Program-made: the position numbers and the translations under genes
The notes under the pieces: model-generated
The model's database searches: none
What the model was told of the DNA's origin: nothing
Seen by the model: only the letters and a program-made list of their open reading frames with translations
Assembly (NCBI GenBank): GCA_900234795.1
Contig: LT962688.1
Span: 150,001 to 182,000 of the forward strand
Direction of reading: 5' to 3'
Length of the DNA stretch: 32,000 nucleotides
Source of the DNA: Methylorubrum extorquens
GTDB taxonomy: Bacteria > Pseudomonadota > Alphaproteobacteria > Rhizobiales > Beijerinckiaceae
Shown here: piece by piece, positions 14,583-21,633 of the stretch
Layout of the letters: every line of letters starts with the position of its first letter
Position numbering within the stretch: position 1 is the stretch's first letter

Positions 14583-14999
14583 ATGGACGGGTCGGAGAGC
14601 GAGGCTGGCGAACGGGAAGCCGAGGAGGGCGGCGGCAAGGGCTCGAAGGCCGCCAGGGCGCGCCGGATCCCCGCCGACTTCGCCGAGAGCCCGGAAGCCC
14701 TCGCCGTCTGCGCCGAGATGGGGCTGACCGGCACCGAGGCGACCGAGGCGCTGGCCGAGTTCTGCGATTTCTGGATGGCCGAGGGCGGCCAACGGGCTCG
14801 GAAGCTCGATTGGCCCCGCACCCTGCGCAACAGGCTTCGGGAGATCGGCCGGCGCCGCCCTGCGGCCCGCGCCAGCCCCGGCCGTCCCCGCTCCTCCAAC
14901 GGCTACTTCGACATCCTTCGCGACGAACCTGCGAGACCCGATGACCCGCGTTCAGACACGCACCGCCAGCACCTCCGTCTCGCCTCCGGAGCCCGTTAG
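14583..14999 (+). CDS. putative phage replication-organiser-like protein
   Basis: 138 aa. The motif IPADFAESPEALAVCAEMGLTGTEATEALAEFCDFWMAEGGQRARKLDWPRTLRNRLRE resembles (from memory, unverified) the P-x-D-F...F-x-D-(Y/F)-W...K-x-D-W...R-N-W module found in phage replication initiator/organiser proteins. The 3' end overlaps the next ORF by 59 nt. Confidence 0.4.
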   Translation: MDGSESEAGEREAEEGGGKGSKAARARRIPADFAESPEALAVCAEMGLTGTEATEALAEFCDFWMAEGGQRARKLDWPRTLRNRLREIGRRRPAARASPGRPRSSNGYFDILRDEPARPDDPRSDTHRQHLRLASGAR

Positions 15000-15708
15000 C
15001 AGGCTACTCCTCGACCTCGTCAGCCGGTTCCAGAATCGCCTGGAGGACGGCGACCGGCCCGGCCACAAGCTCATCAGCGCCGGGCTGGCGCCGCTGGAGC
15101 ATGAGCGGGCGGCTCTAGAGGAGCGCAGGCAGCATCTTCTCGGCAGTCTCAGCCCGCCTGCCTCGGACGAAGCGCGCGCGAAGATGGCCAAAATCGTCGC
15201 TTCCCTTCTGGGCGCATTCCCGACCTACGGGGCCGATCGCGAGGACGCGAGAATCACCGTCGGCCTCATCGTCCGCGCCCTCGATGACGTCCCAGTGTGG
15301 ACCGTGCAGCGGGCCGCGGGGCTGTTCCTCAAGAACATGCAGAAGACGCGATGGAACCCGGAGCGGGCCCCGACCGCGCCGCAGATCCGCGCCGAGGCAA
15401 AGCTCGTCATGCTCGACGTGGAGGTCGAGCTACACCGCTTGGATCAGGTGCTGAGCGCCGAGATCGTCGACAGCGCGACTACCGAGGACGAGCGCAAGGC
15501 CGCGGTCGCGCACTGGAACCAGATTAAATCCCAGATGGGCCGGTCGAACGTCATCGCTGAGCGCACAGCCGAAGAGATCGATCGCGAGCGGCAAGAGATG
15601 CGACGCGCCAACGATCTAGTCGAACAACGGGACGCCTGGGAGCGCGAGCGTGCCGGCCTACCGCCGGCCCGAAGCCCGTTCGAACCGCGTTCGTCTCCGA
15701 TCGTCTGA
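14941..15708 (+). CDS. hypothetical phage protein
   Basis: 255-aa ORF with protein-like composition. No family recognised. The start is uncertain. Confidence 0.55.
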   Translation: MTRVQTRTASTSVSPPEPVSRLLLDLVSRFQNRLEDGDRPGHKLISAGLAPLEHERAALEERRQHLLGSLSPPASDEARAKMAKIVASLLGAFPTYGADREDARITVGLIVRALDDVPVWTVQRAAGLFLKNMQKTRWNPERAPTAPQIRAEAKLVMLDVEVELHRLDQVLSAEIVDSATTEDERKAAVAHWNQIKSQMGRSNVIAERTAEEIDRERQEMRRANDLVEQRDAWERERAGLPPARSPFEPRSSPIV

Positions 15709-15749
15709 CCGCCGCCACCCCTCTCGTAGCGTACCGAGGAACAGCCGCC

Positions 15750-16463
15750 ATGGGCGCCAAACTGCACGGGCAGCGATTTCAGGCCCGCGTGACCCCTCAG
15801 CACAACTCTATCATCGCGAAGGACGAGCCAATCCTGGCCGAGCGCCGTAATAAGACTCCGAACCTCTACGCCGCAGCCGTGCGCTGGTACGTCTGCACGA
15901 CGGCGCCGAGTCGGGAGCTGTCGGCTGCGGCCAGTATCCGACGCGCGATGCTCCGCGGTGTTCGCGAGGATGAGACGCCGTTCATCCCCTACGTGCCCTG
16001 CGAGTACCTGTGGCGGCGCTCGGTGCGCTCGAACTTGCGCGTGCCGCGGCGTGAGCAGCAGCGGCCGGCCATGCGGTCCTACCTGTTCCTCGGCGTGCTG
16101 GGCGGCCTCTGCGACCAGACGCTGGCAGCGCTGCGCGAGCGAGACATCGACGGACGGAATATGCATGGATTGACCGGCATCCTCGGATCGGCCAACCGCG
16201 GCCCGCTTGCCATGAACCCGGCCGGCCTGCGCTGGCTCAGGCAGTGGGGTGTGGATGAACTGGCCGGGCGCACGAACCTCACGCCGCTGGCTGGCATGCA
16301 GGTGGGCGAGGAGGTGCGGGCCGGCTCGGGCCTGTTCAACGGGTTCATCGGCAAGTTCGTCGGCACAGCCGAGGGCGGCGCAGTAGGCGTCATCTCACTG
16401 GAGGTCATGGGCGCACCGTTCGATTATCGGCTGCCGATCGAGGACATGCAGAGGGTGGCCTGA
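15750..16463 (+). CDS. NusG-like (NGN + KOW-like) transcription antiterminator candidate
   Basis: NGN-like RWYVCTTAPSRELSAAASI... and ...PAMRSYLFLGV, plus a KOW-like VGEEVRAGSGLFNGFIGKFVG...VISLEVMGAPFDYRLPIEDM. It is the last gene of the early-right operon. Confidence 0.55.
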   Translation: MGAKLHGQRFQARVTPQHNSIIAKDEPILAERRNKTPNLYAAAVRWYVCTTAPSRELSAAASIRRAMLRGVREDETPFIPYVPCEYLWRRSVRSNLRVPRREQQRPAMRSYLFLGVLGGLCDQTLAALRERDIDGRNMHGLTGILGSANRGPLAMNPAGLRWLRQWGVDELAGRTNLTPLAGMQVGEEVRAGSGLFNGFIGKFVGTAEGGAVGVISLEVMGAPFDYRLPIEDMQRVA

Positions 16464-16626
16464 CGCGCACATTCAGGCGGAACCTGCGCGCACCGCTAGG
16501 TCAAAACTCGATCAGCTTGACCACGCAAGGGGGCCGCTTTCGACCCCGAGCGCCCCTGTGTGATTGCTGTGATGAGGGACCGTTCCCGAAGAGATAGCGG
16601 AACTCCATAGGGCTAAGGCGCTGCGC

Positions 16627-16866
16627 TCACTGGAGCTTGACCAAATCCTTGAACAGCAGGAGAGCGAGCACGACACCTTCAGCGCTCGTGATCTCGAACC
16701 GTTGGCCGTCGAGCACTTCGCCAGCCTTCAGCTTTTCCGCCAGGAGGAAGCGCGCACCCTGAACGGCCTCTTCGCGCGCCGCGGCAAGGTCCGGCAGCTC
16801 GCTCCCGTCCGGGTCCTCAATCAGCGTTGCACCGTCGCGGATGTGGAAGAAAAACAGAGGCATCAA
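16627..16866 (-). CDS. DUF6894-family small protein
   Basis: 79 aa. MMPLFFFHIRDGATLIEDPDGSELPDLAAAREEAVQGAR... matches the characteristic F-F-H-x-x-D-G...D-x-x-G-x-E-L-P-D pattern. Confidence 0.75.
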   Translation of the reverse strand: MMPLFFFHIRDGATLIEDPDGSELPDLAAAREEAVQGARFLLAEKLKAGEVLDGQRFEITSAEGVVLALLLFKDLVKLQ

Positions 16867-16951
16867 CCCCTAAACGTCTTTGCCCCGGCTAGGTTTCAGT
16901 CCGACGTCGGACCGATAATGACGGACGATCCTACCGGGATGCAGAGCCAGA

Positions 16952-17675
16952 TCAGCCGCAGCCTTGTGCCTCTGCCAGCAGCCGCTCGTACTCAGCCTCG
17001 GCCGGTCCGTAGGTGTCGCCGGCCAGCTCCTTCAGCTTCTCGCGGTCGAGCACGATGATGCGCCCGCGCTTGGCCTTGATCATGCCGGCGCCCTCCAGGA
17101 TGTGCATGGACGTGGTCACGCCCGGACGGCGCACCCCGAGCATCATCCCCATGAACTCGTGCGTCATGGGCAGCTCGTCCGTGCGGAGCCGGTCGTCGGT
17201 CATGAGGGATCCAACGGGCGAGCCGCGCCTCGACGTTGTAGTCGGCATTGGCGTAGACCGACTGCCCGACCTGGACAATCAGGCTCTGGACGTAACGTCC
17301 GAGCACGCCGCGCAGTGCCCGGCTGGCATCGAGTGCCGCCTCAAGCTCAAGCGCAGCGATCCGCAAGGCTGTACCCTCCGCCTGCACCATCGCGATGTGC
17401 GGGGTGCGGTCCGTGCCCAGCACAAGAGGAACACCGACGAAGCCCTCGTAGCCCGCCAGGCCGATCTCGACGCGGCCCTCGCAAGTGTCGACGATCATCG
17501 AGACGAGACCCTCCTCGACAAAGCTGGCGTGGCTGATCGGCTGGTCGGGCGTGATGAGCTGCTGCCGCATTGCAAGCGGCACCGCCTCCAGGTGCGGAGC
17601 GAGGCGGGTGAAGTCGCCGGGGGTGAGCGCCTTCAGAAGGCGATTGCGAAGGGCGGATTGTTGAGGCTGAGGCAT
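16952..17675 (-). pseudogene. Crp/Fnr-family transcriptional regulator, frameshifted
   Basis: The N-terminal cNMP-binding-like part (MPQPQQSALRNRLLKALTPGDF...) is in the 16992..17831 frame. The C-terminal HTH part (LMTDDRLRTDELPMTHEFMGMMLGVRRPGVTTSMHILEGAGMIKAKRGRI...) is in the 16952..17278 frame. The frames join at ...EARLARW|..LMTDD, at the G3 run 17206-17208 (CCC on the coding strand). Confidence 0.75.
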
Positions 17676-17987
17676 AGCTCTGCTCCCGAAAGGGGCAAGA
17701 GCGCGCGCCGTCTCCCAAGCGCCGGCACCCAAATAAGTCAGCCGGCGATGAACAAGATGTATGACTGATCGCCAGGGATTGCACGGGAGTTTCTGAAAAT
17801 ATTTCCTACTCCCTGCTGAAGCCGAGAACAATAATGGCGCAGCTAAGAACTAAGTGCTGCTGCGCTTGACCCAGTTTAATGCGACGCAGCCAGTTATGTC
17901 CGAAAACGTACACACCGCTGGCCTGATCCTGGCTGCTGGCGTCTGAGAGACTTCCGTGCTCCCGCCTCCTTCACAGCGGAGGGTCAT

Positions 17988-18101
17988 GTGGCTCGCTACT
18001 TCTTCGACGTCATCGACGGTGAGACCCGGATCGATACGGTGGGCACCGAGTGCGGCTCCCCTGAGGAGGCGCAGGCTTGGATCACGAGCCAGCTCGCGTA
18101 G
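17988..18101 (+). CDS. short DUF6894-like ORF (possibly truncated or decayed)
   Basis: GTG 17988 with GGAGG 5 nt upstream. It encodes VARYFFDVIDGETRIDTVGTECGSPEEAQAWITSQLA*, i.e. only the N-terminal half of a DUF6894 protein. It is too short to appear in the supplied ORF track. Confidence 0.45.
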   Translation: MARYFFDVIDGETRIDTVGTECGSPEEAQAWITSQLA

Positions 18102-18214
18102 CATCCTCAGCGCCGCTGTCCTGAAATGTTCAGTGATGCACCCTCGCCAAAGGTCTGCTTTCGGCGGAGAACCTGCCAGTCGAGACATCTCGACCGAATG
18201 CCTGCTTGCCACCG

Positions 18215-18383
18215 AGGCTGTGTGAAAACGCAATCTCGTAAGAAGATTTTTCTCCCGCACAGCGTGAGCAGCGGCTGAGTTGGCCGTCTGATATCACCGA
18301 AGCCGCTGCCCGGCATGCTCCATGTACGTCGCGTAGAAGATTGTTCTATGATTTCGGAGCCTGCCTGCGTTTTCACACAGCCT
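18215..18383. repeat. 169-bp element bounded by perfect 18-bp inverted repeats (MITE-like)
   Basis: AGGCTGTGTGAAAACGCA at 18215-18232 and its exact reverse complement TGCGTTTTCACACAGCCT at 18366-18383. The lower-GC interior holds a further CAGCGGCT...AGCCGCTG inverted repeat. Confidence 0.7.
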
Positions 18384-18617
18384 GCACCCTAAGCCGCCCT
18401 TTGCGGATCAAACTGCTTCGGTTGATGATAGGCACCTAAACCACGACCGAGGATGTCAATTTAGGCTGCATTGCGCCTATAGCGTCGTTGACTTCTGATA
18501 GAGCGCACCTACTGTGTTACCTGCGTCCCACGAACGAAGCGGAATAGCTCGGTGGCGACGAGAGGACGGATGTGAGGCCGCCATAGGCCCTGCCGCTTCT
18601 CACGATTGGAAAGATGC

Positions 18618-18650
18618 GCCCCGAGCGGATAGCCCGCTGCGGGGCTTTCT
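18618..18650 (+). terminator. candidate intrinsic terminator
   Basis: GCCCCGAGCGG-atagc-CCGCTGCGGGGC at 18618-18645 (one bulge), followed by TTTCT at 18646-18650. Confidence 0.4.
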
Positions 18651-18749
18651 CATGCGCCTCGTAGGGCATGGGCGCTGATCGCAACGACACCCACTCACCG
18701 CCTGGGCCGCTGGTCGCTCCTGCCAGTGCGCTCTCCTCCACTCTTCCCT

Positions 18750-18890
18750 TTACACTTTGTTCAACAATTCGATCAGCAGGGTCGCGACTACGCCGCTTGC
18801 GACCGCGAGCCCAAGCAGCATCGGGCTGCTGAGCTGATCGACTCTGTCGACGTTCTGGCCGATCTGGTGCTTGAGATCAGTTGACGACAT
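18750..18890 (-). CDS. small tail-anchored membrane protein (46 aa)
   Basis: ATG 18890 with GGAG 7-8 nt upstream. It encodes MSSTDLKHQIGQNVDRVDQLSSPMLLGLAVASGVVATLLIELLNKV*. It is not in the ORF track as such; the track's 18788..19159 ORF is a different frame. Confidence 0.45.
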   Translation of the reverse strand: MSSTDLKHQIGQNVDRVDQLSSPMLLGLAVASGVVATLLIELLNKV

Positions 18891-19157
18891 GGCACTCTCC
18901 TCTCTGGGAAGGGGAGAACCCGGGAGAAGGCAGCAGGTTCGATGGTTGCCGTATCAATCTCTTCAAAGGGTTGAGACCCTGAAGCCGCACGACCAACTAG
19001 CCCGCAACCGAGAGCACGACGCCCGGCGCCGCACCGAGAAACCGTACGGGAGAAGCTCGGACCTCCGCGAGTTGAACCTCGAAGCCGGATCGGTTTGCGA
19101 CCTATTTCCTGCCCACGCGTTCCTTCATGAGGCAAAAAAATCTCAGGAGGAACACAC

Positions 19158-19670
19158 ATGAAGTTGCGTCATTTGTTGTCGGCAGTCTCAGGGCTATTGC
19201 TCGTGACCACGGCGGCACACGCCGAGCCACCCAAAGCTGCCGTCTTCGACTTTCAGCTTGCGAACCTCGGCGCCCAGAGCCCAACCGATGCCGACCGAGC
19301 CCGCCTCGGCCCCCTCACCGATCTGCTGCGTCAGCAGCTACAAGAGAGTGGTCGCTATCAGATCGTGTCCACGGATCCCGTGAGGGCTGAGGTCGAGAAG
19401 AGTTCCGACCTGCGCAAGTGCGGCGGCTGCGCCGAAGATTTTGCGCGCAAACTTAAGGCGGACGTCGCGATCACTGGCGAGATCCAGAAGGTCTCCAACC
19501 TAATCCTCAATATCAACGTCTACGTGAAAAATCTGAAGGCCGACACGCCCGAGCAAGCTTATAGCGTCGACATCCGCGGCAACAACGACACCTCGTTCGA
19601 TCGCGGTGTGAAGTACCTCGTGAAGAACAACATGCCCCCCGCGACTGAGGCAGTTTCACCGCAGAAGTGA
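19158..19670 (+). CDS. secreted/periplasmic protein with a signal peptide
   Basis: 170 aa with a signal peptide MKLRHLLSAVSGLLLVTTAAHA|EP and AGGAGG upstream. A CGGC pair and the ...KVSNLILNINVYV...DIRGNNDTSFDRG... pattern recall DUF3280-type periplasmic proteins (from memory, unverified). Confidence 0.75.
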   Translation: MKLRHLLSAVSGLLLVTTAAHAEPPKAAVFDFQLANLGAQSPTDADRARLGPLTDLLRQQLQESGRYQIVSTDPVRAEVEKSSDLRKCGGCAEDFARKLKADVAITGEIQKVSNLILNINVYVKNLKADTPEQAYSVDIRGNNDTSFDRGVKYLVKNNMPPATEAVSPQK

Positions 19671-19718
19671 GGCTGGCTGCGGGCTTGCGGTCTGTGCCGC
19701 TATACAGCCCTTAGAAGC

Positions 19719-19916
19719 CTATCGGCTCCCGAACCCAGTCTGATCTTTCTCAATCGCTCTCAACGCGTTCTCGAACGCCTTGGCCTCGCTGGTGAAGGCG
19801 CGATCGGATCGCTCGGTCAGCTTACCGTGCTTCCTGAGCGCCCATCCGAACTGGCCTTCGGGCTTCTTCAGCGGTTCGATGGTGATGGAATAGGGGTGAG
19901 GCACTTCATTGGTCAT
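19719..19916 (-). CDS. hypothetical small protein
   Basis: 65 aa with protein-like composition (MTNEVPHPYSITIEPLKKPEGQFGWALRKHGKLTERSDRAFTSEAKAFENALRAIEKD...). Confidence 0.5.
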   Translation of the reverse strand: MTNEVPHPYSITIEPLKKPEGQFGWALRKHGKLTERSDRAFTSEAKAFENALRAIEKDQTGFGSR

Positions 19917-20101
19917 GCCTCCCGTATGCCATGCAGGTCATCCAGCCACTAGCGCCCCCGTTGGTCGGCCAAGGCGGTGGGGCAGCCTCACGCTCAGAGG
20001 TCGTCGGTTTGATGCCGACCGCCGCTACTACTTCACCGCGGGGTTCGGCGACGCCCTGCCCCGAGCGGGCGGCCCGCTGCGTGGCTTTTTGATCCGGCCG
20101 G

Positions 20102-20248
20102 TTAGCGGCCCGATCCGCCACCGCCAGCAGAGCTTGTGTTGCCGCCACCGGCGTTGCTCGGATTCCCAGCGTTTCCACCGTTCTGCTGAGCCATCGCAGA
20201 ACCGGTCAGGAGGGCGAGCGCCAGCGCCGCCGTAATCAACTTGGTCAT
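20102..20248 (-). CDS. small secreted Gly/Asn-rich peptide
   Basis: Trimmed to ATG 20248 with GGAG 8 nt upstream. It encodes MTKLITAALALALLTGSAMA|QQNGGNAGNPSNAGGGNTSSAGGGGSGR. Confidence 0.5.
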   Translation of the reverse strand: MTKLITAALALALLTGSAMAQQNGGNAGNPSNAGGGNTSSAGGGGSGR

Positions 20249-20465
20249 GTGTTGCTCCATCGAGTGAGGCCCGTGCGGCCACAATATCGGGCAACTGGAT
20301 CGGCATCCTGCTGTTCCGACTGCCTCGCTTAGGGACCGAGGCCGTCATGTGCGCCGTCGAGTGGGTCGCATGGACCAGGCGCTCGCCCCAGATCGCCTGG
20401 GACCAATCGAGCAGCAGATGGATACGTGTGATTGAGGAAGCTGAATGCCTTAGCAGTGGCCGGTG

Positions 20466-20771
20466 CTACCAGATCGCACGTTCAACCTTTGGCTTCTGGC
20501 GACGTGGCGGAGCGACAAAGCCCTCCGTCGGTGCCATCCCACCAGCCATGGAGTAGGATACGGGTCGGATAGGTTCGCTGACGTGCCCGACCTGCGAGGC
20601 GCCGACAACGACCGCCCCGCCGAGGCTCAGCAGCACAAATCCGAAGGTGACGAACTTCGGGAGGTCCCAGCTGTGCAGGACCGCAGCTCCCGCAGCTCCG
20701 ACAGCCAAGAACCCGACAACCTGATACACCGCCCGTCCACCTTCAGTTGCGCACACTTCCTTGGTGCGCAA
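20466..20771 (-). CDS. membrane protein (two predicted TM segments)
   Basis: 101 aa with hydrophobic stretches VVGFLAVGAAGAAVL and FVTFGFVLLSLGGAVVVGA. Confidence 0.45.
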   Translation of the reverse strand: MRTKEVCATEGGRAVYQVVGFLAVGAAGAAVLHSWDLPKFVTFGFVLLSLGGAVVVGASQVGHVSEPIRPVSYSMAGGMAPTEGFVAPPRRQKPKVERAIW

Positions 20772-20994
20772 TCCGTCTAAACGCGACGCCTAAGGCGCGC
20801 CAGTGCTGCGGCGCACATAAGCTCGGCTGCTGAGAATGCGGCCGGGCCGGTCCAAGCACGTAGGTTGCCCTGTTCCGCCGCCTGGACCCCGGGGGACCCT
20901 GGCACCTCCAAACCTATACGGGTGGTCGGGGCCCCCAGCTTTCCTAGCGCCAGGGTCGTGGAACCCGGTAACGCGGTGACGGGTAACAGCGCCC

Positions 20995-21633
20995 ATGGCA
21001 GAAACGAGCGGCGCAAAATTTCTCAGCCAAGCCGAGTTCGCCCGTCATCGCGGCGTTTCTCGCAAGGCCGTAACCACTTGGAAGCAGAAGGGCTTACTCG
21101 TTCTCGACGGCACTGGCCGTGTGGACGTAGAGCGCACCGAGTGGAACCTCGACCAGCGGCCGACGACCTATCGAGGTGGCGTTACCCACCGCCCGGTGCG
21201 GGCGAAGGATGGTAACAACGCCTCCCACGCCGAGGCTGCACCGAAGCCGTCACCGAAGCCCGCTCCCGAGCCGCAGCCGCGCCCGGCGCCTCTCGATGGC
21301 GACGGCGGCCAGGAAGATGCCTTCGACCCCGACGATCCGAACCTGCCGACGGCCATTGCGGTCCGGCGCAAGGAGAACTGGCTCGGCCTCCACCGAAAGC
21401 AGATCGTCGAGCGGGACGGCAGCAAGCTCGTTGATCGGCCCGCAGCCGAGGCAGCGTTCTTTGAGGAAGGCCGAGCGCTCCGAGATGCCTGGCTGGCGTG
21501 GCCGGCCCGAGTCGCAATCGAGATGGCCGACGAGCTCAAGATCGAACCGAGGCAGCTGACGCCGGTCCTGACCGCCTATGTCAAAAAGCACCTCACCGAA
21601 CTCGGTGAGCCCTCCGCCGGCGAGTTCGGCTGA
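20995..21633 (+). CDS. terS: terminase small subunit (HTH N-terminus)
   Basis: The N-terminal FLSQAEFARHRGVSRKAVTTWKQKGLL is a DNA-binding HTH typical of Nu1-like small terminases. The gene lies immediately upstream of, and overlapping, the GpA-type large terminase. Confidence 0.75.
   Translation: MAETSGAKFLSQAEFARHRGVSRKAVTTWKQKGLLVLDGTGRVDVERTEWNLDQRPTTYRGGVTHRPVRAKDGNNASHAEAAPKPSPKPAPEPQPRPAPLDGDGGQEDAFDPDDPNLPTAIAVRRKENWLGLHRKQIVERDGSKLVDRPAAEAAFFEEGRALRDAWLAWPARVAIEMADELKIEPRQLTPVLTAYVKKHLTELGEPSAGEFG

Noticed and set aside
16464-16522. Hairpins just after the NusG-like gene (CGCGCA...TGCGCG 16464-16490; GGTCAA...TTGACC 16499-16522) as a terminator or qut-like site
   Set aside because: The stems are short (6 bp) with large loops, and there is no T-run. 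I cannot distinguish them from chance.
17850-18741. Minus-strand ORFs 17850..18260, 18107..18376 and 18517..18741
   Set aside because: Their composition is not protein-like, they lack an RBS, and they overlap the DUF6894-like ORF, the inverted-repeat element and the candidate sRNA or terminator.
20055-20090. AGCGGGC-G-GCCCGCT palindrome followed by GGCTTTTT as a terminator
   Set aside because: The loop would be too small for the full stem, no plus-strand gene ends nearby, and on the minus strand the T-run is on the wrong side.
20967-20987. Two GGTAAC repeats 15 bp apart just upstream of terS as cosB/R-site-like terminase binding sites
   Set aside because: There are only two short hexamers and no identifiable cosN-like symmetric nick site. 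The evidence is insufficient to call cos.
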